Positions 7,492 to 15,362 of a DNA stretch of 64,000 nt are shown one piece after another. The translations under genes and the position numbers were made by a program. The first letter of the stretch is position 1; every line of letters starts with the position of its first letter. This stretch comes from Pyrinomonadaceae bacterium (GTDB taxonomy: Bacteria; Acidobacteriota; Blastocatellia; Pyrinomonadales; Pyrinomonadaceae). The notes under the pieces are model-generated. The model searched no databases. It was not told the DNA's origin and saw nothing but the letters and a program-made list of their open reading frames with translations. The DNA lies in contig DATMVE010000059.1 in the NCBI GenBank assembly GCA_035563515.1, forward strand, positions 22,725 through 86,724, read 5' to 3'.

Positions 7492-7510
7492 GGAGTAAAG
7501 GGGAAAGGTC

Positions 7511-7837
7511 ATGAAGAGGTTACTGGCATTCGCATTGGCACTGGCTACGTTCGGGTTCGTCGCTTCGCCCGCGGAGGCGAAGGCTGCGGGGGCGGCCGTC
7601 TCGGCCGGTGTCACTAGTTCCGCCAACGCGCCCGAGCCGCAGTGGCAGAACCGTGGGAGACGCAATCGCAACCGCCGGGGTGGGCGCTGGAATCACCGCG
7701 GGGGCGGCGTGCGCGTGACGACGCAGACGCGCCTCGTGCGCGTGGGCTGGCGGCTCTTCCGCGAGACTTACAGGGTCCGCATCCTGCCGAACGGCAGGAC
7801 CCAGACTACTCTGATAAGCCGCGTCAGAGTCCGCTAA
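7511..7837 (+). CDS. Small secreted Arg-rich hypothetical protein
   Basis: Signal peptide MKRLLAFALALATFGFVASPAEA. GGAG/GGGGAAAGG purine tract upstream of the ATG. Terminator follows. Confidence 0.55.
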   Translation: MKRLLAFALALATFGFVASPAEAKAAGAAVSAGVTSSANAPEPQWQNRGRRNRNRRGGRWNHRGGGVRVTTQTRLVRVGWRLFRETYRVRILPNGRTQTTLISRVRVR

Positions 7838-7860
7838 GAAGGCGATGAATCATCAGACGG

Positions 7861-7897
7861 GCCGGCGCACTCCGCCAGGGGTGCGCCGGCTTTTCTT
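7861..7897 (+). terminator. Rho-independent terminator
   Basis: gccggcgcac / gtgcgccggc stem followed by ttttctt. Confidence 0.8.
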
Positions 7898-8046
7898 GCG
7901 ACGAACGAGCCTTTTTCGGCCAAAAATCCCTTGAAATATGGCTCAAAAACTAACTGTTGACAAAAAGCGCCGAAACATACTTTACTAGTAAAGTCGTTGG
8001 TTGCCCTGCGGGCAATCACGCGGCAATGATCTTTACAAGACGGTTG

Positions 8047-8156
8047 CACACGATAAAGGCAAACCCGCCGCGAGGTGGGGACGCAAAGCCGTGAGTCTCT
8101 TCGAGGGGCGTTTCATTCGAGCGCCTTTTTGCGAGAGATTGTCTGGTTGCCGAAGG
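8047..8156 (+). promoter_or_regulatory. Candidate c-di-GMP-I (GEMM-I) riboswitch aptamer
   Basis: GGCAAACC (8058-8065), hairpin cgcc-GCGA-ggtg with a GNRA loop, GGGACGCAAAGCC (8078-8090) and GGTTGCCGAAGG (8145-8156) match the conserved GEMM-I blocks as I remember them. GGTTGCC can pair with GGCAA(A)CC to close the aptamer. Confidence 0.6.
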
Positions 8157-8589
8157 CAATTGGAAAGAGCCAGGACTTCAAAACTTTCCACTGCTCCGAC
8201 ATGGGAAGACTTCTCTCCAGCCGCGCTCACTCTCTCACGGGCGGCTTTTGAAGTTGAGGCTGGAATCATTCAACTTTTGCGCCCCTGCTTTGATGATTCC
8301 CTTTTCAATTATCTCCTTCCAAAACTGAACCAGACTAACTGAGAGTTCCTGCGGCCTGAGCCCACGAACGCCTCTGACTCTGCCCGCCCGTGCGGAAATC
8401 GCTTCCGCCGGAGCGCGCCTTGTCCGGGGCCGAAGAGTCTCGGCCGTCAACGTTGCTGCCCGTCAACGCGCTCACGCCAGTAGAGCGCGGCCATGAGAAA
8501 GCGCCCGCGGCCCATGCGGGTCCGCCGCCCATTCGGGCCTCGCTACGAGCGGGGCCGTCAGCCTTACGAAAACCAAAGGAGATAATTTG

Positions 8590-9285
8590 ATGTTCAAGAA
8601 ATGCTTAGTCGCAGCCTTCGCCTTCCTGGCCCTCAGCTCGGTCAACGCCCTCACGGCCAACGCGCAGTCGTCGTGCTTGGACCACGAGACGTTCGGCACG
8701 CGCCCGCTCATGGCGGTCGACAAGAATCTTCAGTCGCAGATCGAAGTCACCTATTTCACCACGGACGACCCGAACGCGTTCATCTCCGAAAAGGCCGGTG
8801 TCAGGCGCAGCGCGAGCTACACGAGCCTGAGCGCCACGCAGTTCGTCGCCAAGCTCGACTCTTTGGAGAAGGCCGGCGTGGCGAGCATCAGGAAGCGCGA
8901 GTCCGCGTCCTCTTTCCTGGGCGAAGTTGCCGAACTGAACCTGGAGCGCAACCTTTCGGGCGCGGAAGGAAGAATGATTAACGCGAGCCACGCTTCGGCG
9001 AGCGCGCTGAGCGGGTTGGACCGGCGGACGGAGATCAACGTCTTCCAGGGCCGCCCCGGCGAGCAGGGCTACTACCGCGTGAGCCTGCTGTCCTGGTTCG
9101 TGGACGCGAGGGCCAACGGCGGCCACCAGACCGTGGACTACGACGCCATCGTGCTGCTCAAGCCCGGCCAGACCGCGGTCTTCAAGCTCATGAGCGACAA
9201 CGAAGCCAAGCGCACGGGCGCGGCGCGCAGCTACGTGGCCGTCACCATGCGCGCGGTCAACAGCGCGAGCCTCGCCCGCCGCTAA
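8590..9285 (+). CDS. Secreted hypothetical protein
   Basis: AAGGAG 8 nt upstream of the ATG at 8590. Signal peptide MFKKCLVAAFAFLALSSVNALTANA. High-GC3 frame. Confidence 0.7.
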   Translation: MFKKCLVAAFAFLALSSVNALTANAQSSCLDHETFGTRPLMAVDKNLQSQIEVTYFTTDDPNAFISEKAGVRRSASYTSLSATQFVAKLDSLEKAGVASIRKRESASSFLGEVAELNLERNLSGAEGRMINASHASASALSGLDRRTEINVFQGRPGEQGYYRVSLLSWFVDARANGGHQTVDYDAIVLLKPGQTAVFKLMSDNEAKRTGAARSYVAVTMRAVNSASLARR

Positions 9286-9349
9286 GTCGTCTCCCGCAGC
9301 GCTGGCAAATTGTGCCAGTAACTTCTTCGACTCCGAAACGGAGGCCGCG

Positions 9350-10039
9350 ATGCAGCCGAACAGGAAGAGAACATTTCTTTACGGCCTGCTGGTTAGCTCT
9401 TGCCTCTCCCTGCTGACGTGGGCGGGGCCTGTAAGTTCTGCCGGCGGGCCGGGCGGCGAGGCTGCGATGCCGAAACAGTGCCGGCCGGGAAAGACTGCGA
9501 CCGAAAGTTTCGGCTGGCGCTGGAGGCCGGACGCGCGCGTCAGGCTCTACTACCTGAAGGGCGACTTCGGCGCGGAAGAGGCCGCGGCCCTCGCGCGCGC
9601 CGTCGGCAACTGGAACAACGCCCTGCGAGAGATAAATTCTCAGGTCGTCTTCATCCAGGGCGGCGAACGCGAGGCGGTCGCCGAAGACGACGCGAGCATC
9701 ACGGTCCTGCGCGGCGTGCCCAAGGGGAAAGACCGCCTGGGGCAGTTGAGGCTGTACTCCATGTCGAACGGCGTGATGCGCGCGACCATGATCATCAGCC
9801 CGGCCGTCACGGACCTCGACGCGCTGACGAGCCTGATGGCGCACGAACTCGGGCACTCTCTGGGCCTGGGCGACTGCTACGGCTGCAAGCGCGGCACGAC
9901 CACGATGGCGGCGTTCAAAGACATCAACGAAGGCAACGACGTGTACTCGCCGAGCGAGTGCGACAAGTACGTCGTCGCGCAAGGGTACTCCGGCGGGACG
10001 ACTTCACAGCCGCGACCCGCAACGGCCGAGGGTCGCTGA
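9350..10039 (+). CDS. Secreted zinc metalloprotease (HExxHxxGxxD, snapalysin/matrixin-like)
   Basis: Signal peptide, then motif MAHELGHSLGLGDCYGC. Confidence 0.7.
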   Translation: MQPNRKRTFLYGLLVSSCLSLLTWAGPVSSAGGPGGEAAMPKQCRPGKTATESFGWRWRPDARVRLYYLKGDFGAEEAAALARAVGNWNNALREINSQVVFIQGGEREAVAEDDASITVLRGVPKGKDRLGQLRLYSMSNGVMRATMIISPAVTDLDALTSLMAHELGHSLGLGDCYGCKRGTTTMAAFKDINEGNDVYSPSECDKYVVAQGYSGGTTSQPRPATAEGR

Positions 10040-10081
10040 GGCCCACCGACACAGGCTAAAGCAAATCTTAAACACTCATGC

Positions 10082-10120
10082 GACGAGGGGCAGGCGGCGG
10101 CTTGCCCCTCGTCCTCTTTT
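10082..10120 (+). terminator. Rho-independent terminator
   Basis: gacgaggggca / tgcccctcgtc stem followed by ctctttt. Confidence 0.75.
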
Positions 10121-10137
10121 GACCTCAAAAATAAGTC

Positions 10138-10167
10138 TTGACGCTGCTACTACAACTGTCGTAGCAT
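10138..10167 (+). promoter_or_regulatory. Sigma-70-like promoter (TTGACG-N18-TAGCAT) with an embedded BlaI/CopY-type operator CTACTACAACTGTCGTAG
   Basis: The operator at 10147-10164 shares 15 of 17 positions with the one at 11247-11263. It contains an ACAnnTGT core and lies in the promoter spacer 40 nt upstream of the TPR gene. Confidence 0.55.
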
Positions 10168-10206
10168 GGGCCTCAAATGTAGTATCCGCTCTTTCGGGAG
10201 GTCGTC

Positions 10207-11193
10207 ATGGCTCAGTCGCGCATACTCTGGCTCGCCGCCTGTTCGGTCGTCGCGTTGGTGTGGCTGCCGCTCGCGGGAAGGGCGCAGGCTTCCGGCCCAG
10301 CGGGGGCGGAGCGGGGCGCGGAAAGTTATCACAGGCTCGGCATGGCCCGCGCCGACGAGGGGAGGTACGACGAGGCCGTCAGGAATCTGCGCAGGGCGGT
10401 CGCCATCCGGCCGGACTTTGTTCTGGCCCACAACGACCTTGGCTACGTCTACTACAGGTCAGGAAAGTTCGAGGAGGCGGTCGAGGCTTACGGGGAGGCC
10501 ATACGGCTCAAGGGCGATTACGCGCTGGCGCATAACAACCTGGGGATGGCCTACAGCGCGCTGGGCAGGTACGAAGAGGCCGTCGCGGCCTTCGGGCGCG
10601 CGATCAGCCTGCGGAAGGATTACGCCGCGGCCCACTACAATCTGGGCGCGACGCTTTACAAAGCGGGCCGCAGCCGCGCCGCCGTGGAAGCCCTCAAGCA
10701 ATCCATCCTCCTGAAGTCCGACAGCCCCGAAGCTCATTACAACCTCGGCGTGGCGTACACGGATTTGGCCCATTACGACGAGGCCGTGCGGGCCTTCAAG
10801 GACGCCTTGACCCTCCGGCCCGATTTCGCCCCGGCGCTCCGCGGGCTCGGGCTGGCTTATCACAAGCTCGGCCGGACCAGGGAGGCCATCGCGTCTTACG
10901 AGCGCGCCGTCGTCCTGGACCATGACGATGCCGAGAGCCTCAACAATCTGGGCGTCGTGTACGCCGGCGCGAAGCTCTACAAGGAAGCCATCGACGCTTA
11001 CAGGCAGGCGATACGCCTCGACCCGGAATACTACGAGGCGCACTACAACCTGGGCGCGGCTTACCTGAGCGTCAACAGGAAGGACGAGGCCATCAAGCAG
11101 TACGCCCTCCTCAAGACCACCAACACGGGCTACGCGGACGAACTCTACCGCCTGATCTATCAAGACCAGCTCCTCATCCTGACCTACAAGTAA
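10207..11193 (+). CDS. TPR-repeat protein, secreted
   Basis: Signal peptide, then about eight 34-aa repeats with recurring AHxNLGxxY / YxEAIxxYxxAIxLxPD pattern. Confidence 0.85.
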   Translation: MAQSRILWLAACSVVALVWLPLAGRAQASGPAGAERGAESYHRLGMARADEGRYDEAVRNLRRAVAIRPDFVLAHNDLGYVYYRSGKFEEAVEAYGEAIRLKGDYALAHNNLGMAYSALGRYEEAVAAFGRAISLRKDYAAAHYNLGATLYKAGRSRAAVEALKQSILLKSDSPEAHYNLGVAYTDLAHYDEAVRAFKDALTLRPDFAPALRGLGLAYHKLGRTREAIASYERAVVLDHDDAESLNNLGVVYAGAKLYKEAIDAYRQAIRLDPEYYEAHYNLGAAYLSVNRKDEAIKQYALLKTTNTGYADELYRLIYQDQLLILTYK

Positions 11194-11238
11194 GTGAGCC
11201 GGCCCGCCCGCTTCCCCTCCCTCGGCACGGCAAAAGTA

Positions 11239-11267
11239 TTGACAGCCTACTACAATAGTCGTATTTT
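11239..11267 (+). promoter_or_regulatory. Sigma-70-like promoter (TTGACA-N17-TATTTT) with an embedded operator CTACTACAATAGTCGTA
   Basis: Operator at 11247-11263 lies in the spacer. An extra GTAGTAG half-site sits at 11279-11285. Immediately upstream of the BlaI-like gene. Confidence 0.55.
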
Positions 11268-11303
11268 TAGCCATCTTCGTAGTAGTTGCATTGAGGAGGG
11301 GAT

Positions 11304-11726
11304 GTGACTAAAGAAAAAACCGTCAGGCTGACGAAGTTCGAACTGGAGCTGATGACCGCCTTGTGGGAGTTGGGCCAAGCTTCCGTCAGGGAGATTCAGG
11401 AGCGGCTTCCAGAGAAGAAGCGGCCCGCCTACACGACCGTCCAGACCATCGTCTACCGCCTCGAAGAGAAAGGGGCCGTGCGCCGCGTCAAGAAGATCGG
11501 CAACGCCCACATCTTCGAGGCGGCCGTCACCAGGCAGTCCACGCACCGCAGGCTGATTAACGAGCTGCTGGACCTGTTCGGCGGCTCGGCGAGGCCGCTG
11601 ATGGCGCACCTGGTGGAGACTGGGAAACTGTCTTTGGAGGACGTGCGCGAGATGGAGAGCGACCTCCTGAAGCAGGACGGCCCTCCCGCGAAAGGCGAGG
11701 GGAACAAAAAGCGGGCCCGGACGTAA
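11304..11726 (+). CDS. BlaI/MecI/CopY-family transcriptional repressor
   Basis: GTG start with GAGGAGGGG upstream. Winged-helix N-terminus LTKFELELMTALWELGQASVREIQERLPEKKRPAYTTVQTIVYRLEEKGAVRR. Confidence 0.85.
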   Translation: MTKEKTVRLTKFELELMTALWELGQASVREIQERLPEKKRPAYTTVQTIVYRLEEKGAVRRVKKIGNAHIFEAAVTRQSTHRRLINELLDLFGGSARPLMAHLVETGKLSLEDVREMESDLLKQDGPPAKGEGNKKRART

Positions 11727-11757
11727 AAGTCTGTGCCGTCAAAAGGAGCAGCGAGCG

Positions 11758-13752
11758 ATGCCTTTCTACGAGCCGTTTGTGGAATGGTCTAGGTGGGGCT
11801 GGCCCCTGCTTGGCAATCACCTCTGGCAAGCGACCCTCTTCTCCCTCTTTGTGCTCATCGTCTGCGCGCCGCTGACGCGCGCCCCCGCCCGCGTGCGCTA
11901 CTCGCTGTGGCTCGTCACCCTCCTGAAGTTCGTCGTGCCGGGCGCGGTCCTGGCCCTGCTCGTCAGGCAGACGGGGATTGACGGACTGTTCGCCCCGGCC
12001 GCAGGCTCGCCCGCGGCCGGGCTGGCGCTCTCGCCTTTTCTCTCTCCGGTGGCGAGCCAGCCCGTGGTGGTCTCCGCGGCCAGGCAGTTCGCGCCGAGCG
12101 GCGAAACCTCTGCGGCCGCCTACGTCGCCGCCGTACATGATCAGGGCCACTGGTACGGCGTGCTCACCCTCGTCTGGCTCGCAGGCTGTGCCATTTTGTT
12201 CGGCTCCTGGCTGAGACAGAGGAGGCTCCTGTCGGCGGCCGTGCGCGCCGGGAGAGTCGCCCGCTGCGGCAGAGAGTTTGAGACCCTTCGGCGCGTCAGT
12301 TCGTGGCTCGGCCTGCGCAGGAAGGTAACGCTCGTGGTTTCGCCGGAGATCGCGGAGCCGGGCGTGTGGCGCACGCTGCGGCCGGTCGTGGTGCTGCCCG
12401 AAGGTGTGGCCGAGCGCCTGAGTGACGACGAACTCGAAGCCGTCATGATGCACGAGATGGTTCACGTTGAGCGTTGGGACAATCTAGTGGGCTTCGTGCA
12501 GCGAACGGTCTGCTGCCTGCTCTGGTTTCACCCGCTCGTCTGGCTACTCGACAGGCGGCTGCTCGCCGAGCGCGAGCAGTCTTGCGACGACACGGTCATC
12601 AGGCTGAGCGGCGACTCGAAGGTTTACGTCTCGGGCATCACGAAGGTCTGCCGGCACAGCATGGGGTGGGAATTGAAGTCCGGCCTCTCCAGCGCGACCG
12701 GCTCCGACCTGAAGAAGAGGCTCAAACGAATCATGGCCGCGGACATCAGCCGGATTCCGTCCGTCCTGCACCGCGCGCTGCTGGGGGCCGTGGTCGCTGT
12801 CCTCTTCGTCCTCTCGGCCGCGTCCGGGATAATCAACGGGGGCAACGCGCCTTCGCAGGACAAGAGTTCGTCGGCGGGCAAAGCCGACCCCCGCTTTATC
12901 GTGGCGGACGCCGAGGCGGCTCCGAGTAAGCACGCCGAGGTTGCCGAAGTAAGGGCTTCGACGGTGCCGCCTCTTCCGCCCCAGGCCGCGCCGCCGCAGG
13001 TAAAAGAAGGCTCGCCCGCGCCGGTCGAAGTCAAGGCCGGGCCTGACCGGCTGGAGCAGATGCCGCCGCCCGAGCAGCAGAGCGGCCCGTCAATCGTCGC
13101 GCTGGTCAATCAACCTAACCAACCCAACGCCACGCCCCTGCCTCCGCAGCCGCCTCAAGAAAGAGAGGCCACACGAGTGTCGGCCGCGTTCATTCCGGCT
13201 TCGATGAACCATGCGGATTTAACGGAGTTCGCCGGCAGGTACGAGGTTGACCCGACGAGGGTAGAGAATTTCATCCTGGACATCACACTCGAACGCGGCG
13301 AGCTGTGGCTCAAGCCGTCGCACGCGTCGAAGCGCAGGCTCCTGCTCGCGCAGGACATGCGCCTGGCCGACACGTACTCCGATTTCGTCTTCTCCGCCCT
13401 GCGCGACAGGGCCGGGCGGGTCGTCGGCCTCAGACTTGATTCCTGGGACAGCAGCATCAGCGCGCGCAAATTGGCCCTCAACCAGCCGAGCCTGCGCGGC
13501 AACGTGACCTTCACACTCAGCGCCCCCCCGAACGCCAGAATAGTCGCCGTCGCCGGCTCCTTCAACAACTGGAACCAGTCGCAATTCCTCTTCGCGCGGG
13601 TCGGCAACGAGTGGGTCTGCAAGATCAACCTCCCGCCGGGAGAGTACGAATACAAGTTCATCATCGACGGCGACTGGCTGCTTGACCCCCTCAACCCGAA
13701 GAAGAGAAACGACGGCCGGGGGCACGTGAATTCGGTCCTCGTCGTCGAGTAG
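11758..13752 (+). CDS. BlaR1/M56-family membrane metalloprotease with a Pro-rich linker and a C-terminal AMPK-beta/CBM48-like glycan-binding domain
   Basis: N-terminal TM helices. HEMVHVERWD (M56 HExxH). C-terminus VAVAGSFNNWNQ...LPPGEYEYKFIIDGDWLLDPLNP closely resembles AMPK1_CBM / E-set modules. Confidence 0.8.
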   Translation: MPFYEPFVEWSRWGWPLLGNHLWQATLFSLFVLIVCAPLTRAPARVRYSLWLVTLLKFVVPGAVLALLVRQTGIDGLFAPAAGSPAAGLALSPFLSPVASQPVVVSAARQFAPSGETSAAAYVAAVHDQGHWYGVLTLVWLAGCAILFGSWLRQRRLLSAAVRAGRVARCGREFETLRRVSSWLGLRRKVTLVVSPEIAEPGVWRTLRPVVVLPEGVAERLSDDELEAVMMHEMVHVERWDNLVGFVQRTVCCLLWFHPLVWLLDRRLLAEREQSCDDTVIRLSGDSKVYVSGITKVCRHSMGWELKSGLSSATGSDLKKRLKRIMAADISRIPSVLHRALLGAVVAVLFVLSAASGIINGGNAPSQDKSSSAGKADPRFIVADAEAAPSKHAEVAEVRASTVPPLPPQAAPPQVKEGSPAPVEVKAGPDRLEQMPPPEQQSGPSIVALVNQPNQPNATPLPPQPPQEREATRVSAAFIPASMNHADLTEFAGRYEVDPTRVENFILDITLERGELWLKPSHASKRRLLLAQDMRLADTYSDFVFSALRDRAGRVVGLRLDSWDSSISARKLALNQPSLRGNVTFTLSAPPNARIVAVAGSFNNWNQSQFLFARVGNEWVCKINLPPGEYEYKFIIDGDWLLDPLNPKKRNDGRGHVNSVLVVE

Positions 13753-13771
13753 CGAAGGTAAGGCAAAAGGA

Positions 13772-13866
13772 AAGACCCTGAAAGGGTCGAACGATAGCCG
13801 GGGGCAAGCGAGCGCGTGAGCGAGCGCCGCCCCCGGCTATCATGTTCGACCCTTTCAGGGTCTTTA
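13772..13866. terminator. Long compound palindrome between convergent genes (bidirectional terminator candidate)
   Basis: The 34-nt arm at 13772-13805 pairs with 13831-13866 (2-nt bulge). Each arm also contains the sub-palindrome gaccctgaaagggtc. Confidence 0.65.
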
Positions 13867-13886
13867 CCTGGGCGGTCGAAAACTTC

Positions 13887-14468
13887 CTAACCGCCGGCCG
13901 AATACGTGAAGGCGACTCTGGTGAGGGCGGCTTTTTCGCCGTCCTCCAGCTTCGTGAGCGTGCCTTTCAGGATTAGCTCGTCGTTCGCGGGCGGGTTCTT
14001 CGAAAAGTCATCCAACCTTTCGAAAGCGCCTTCGAAGCTGAAGCTGACTCCCTTGACCGCGCTGGTCGTGAAGGTCAGAAACTTGCCCTCCAGCTTCGGG
14101 TCCGCGAGCTTGTAATCCCTGGCCGATCTTTCCTTCGGCCGTATGAAGCCGTTCAGGTCGGCGGGCTTGCCCTCCGCGTCTATCGTGGCGAGGCTCAGGT
14201 GCTCTATGTCCGAGAACTCCGGCGGCAAGGGGCCGGCCGGGAAGTAAGCCCCCGTCACGTCGCCCTCGCCCTCCTCTTCAGTCTCCTCCGCCGCCTCCTC
14301 CTCGTCGTCACCCTTATCGTCTTTGGACTCGCTTGCCGGCGTCGACGTGGCGATGGAGGAGCCCGCGGGCGGCGGCGTGTTGGCGGCCTGGTTCGTGGTG
14401 TTAGAACTCTTGCCGCACCCGGCGAGCAGCAGTACGAACAGAGCGCAGGCCCAAAAGAAACGGTTCAT
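13887..14468 (-). CDS. Lipoprotein, hypothetical (acidic linker)
   Basis: Signal peptide with lipobox LLAGC. Asp/Glu-rich tract. High-GC3 frame. Confidence 0.7.
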   Translation of the reverse strand: MNRFFWACALFVLLLAGCGKSSNTTNQAANTPPPAGSSIATSTPASESKDDKGDDEEEAAEETEEEGEGDVTGAYFPAGPLPPEFSDIEHLSLATIDAEGKPADLNGFIRPKERSARDYKLADPKLEGKFLTFTTSAVKGVSFSFEGAFERLDDFSKNPPANDELILKGTLTKLEDGEKAALTRVAFTYSAGG

Positions 14469-14608
14469 CTGGCAGCCTCTCAGGGGTTAGTTTAGAAGAG
14501 CCTTTCCAGCGCAGTTGAATTCCCCGGCGCGAATACCATACGGCGCGGCAGCATAACGCTCAGCGAATCGCCGCCGGCTCGGCGGCAGGGGCGCGTCCGG
14601 CGCTCGTC

Positions 14609-15181
14609 TCACATGCAACGGCACGGCCTGGTCTTGACTTCGCCGACGGGCATGAAGCCGCTGCCGTCCCAGCGGTACTGCGTGACCTCGTTGTGGTCGC
14701 ATTGTGTGCCACTTCCGAAGACGCGCTCGACCCTCAGCATCCCGTCGTCCACGTCTATGTAGTGGTCTAACTCGCAGTCCACGGAGTTGGCGACGACCAG
14801 TGTGGCGAGCAGCTCGGCCCTCCCGCCGCGCAGCGTGTAGACGCGCGCCTCGGCCATGTTGAAGCCGCCCACGGGGCCGTAGCGGAAGACGAAAGCGGCC
14901 TCCTCCTTCTTGTCCCCCGTGAGGTCGCCGTAGTACGGGCCGTCCGCCATCATCAGCCCCCACTGCGCGTCCGCGCCGGCCGCCTCCGCGTAGAACCCGT
15001 CAATCAGTTTGTACGCCTTGCCGTTGAGCGGGAACGTGTAGTTCTTGAAATCGACCTGGATGATGTTGACGAGCGGGCCTTCAGCCTGCGCGGGGGCCTG
15101 CCGCCTGCGCCGCGCCTGACTGAGCACACCGCCCGCGCACAAGGTCACGACCAGAGCGGCCGCCATGAATCGTTTGAGCAT
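14609..15181 (-). CDS. Secreted hypothetical protein
   Basis: Signal peptide MLKRFMAAALVVTLCAGGVLSQA. Coherent frame. Confidence 0.65.
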   Translation of the reverse strand: MLKRFMAAALVVTLCAGGVLSQARRRRQAPAQAEGPLVNIIQVDFKNYTFPLNGKAYKLIDGFYAEAAGADAQWGLMMADGPYYGDLTGDKKEEAAFVFRYGPVGGFNMAEARVYTLRGGRAELLATLVVANSVDCELDHYIDVDDGMLRVERVFGSGTQCDHNEVTQYRWDGSGFMPVGEVKTRPCRCM

Positions 15182-15362
15182 CCCCCAGTTCCCTTCCTCA
15201 CTCGTTGCGGGACAGCTTAAAGAAGTTTGCGGAATTTTGCTACGGCGGGGCCGCGAATATTTTCTGCCACAAAACGCGGGCGCGCGGTGTTTGCACTGTA
15301 GGACGGCGAAAATTGGGGTTACCTCGTTTCAGAGGGCCATTCTTTTTGAGGAGAGAATCGAG

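Noticed and set aside
7957-7992. A sigma-70 promoter from the TTGACA box, plus the palindrome TTTACTAGTAAA
   Set aside because: The -35 box is perfect, but no acceptable -10 hexamer lies at 16-18 nt (TACTTT at 15, TACTAG at 20). It is kept only as context for the riboswitch candidate.
8001-8342. 113-aa plus-strand ORF in the 7840-8590 gap
   Set aside because: It spans the riboswitch-like conserved blocks, has mixed GC3 and no Shine-Dalgarno. The region is better explained as a structured leader.
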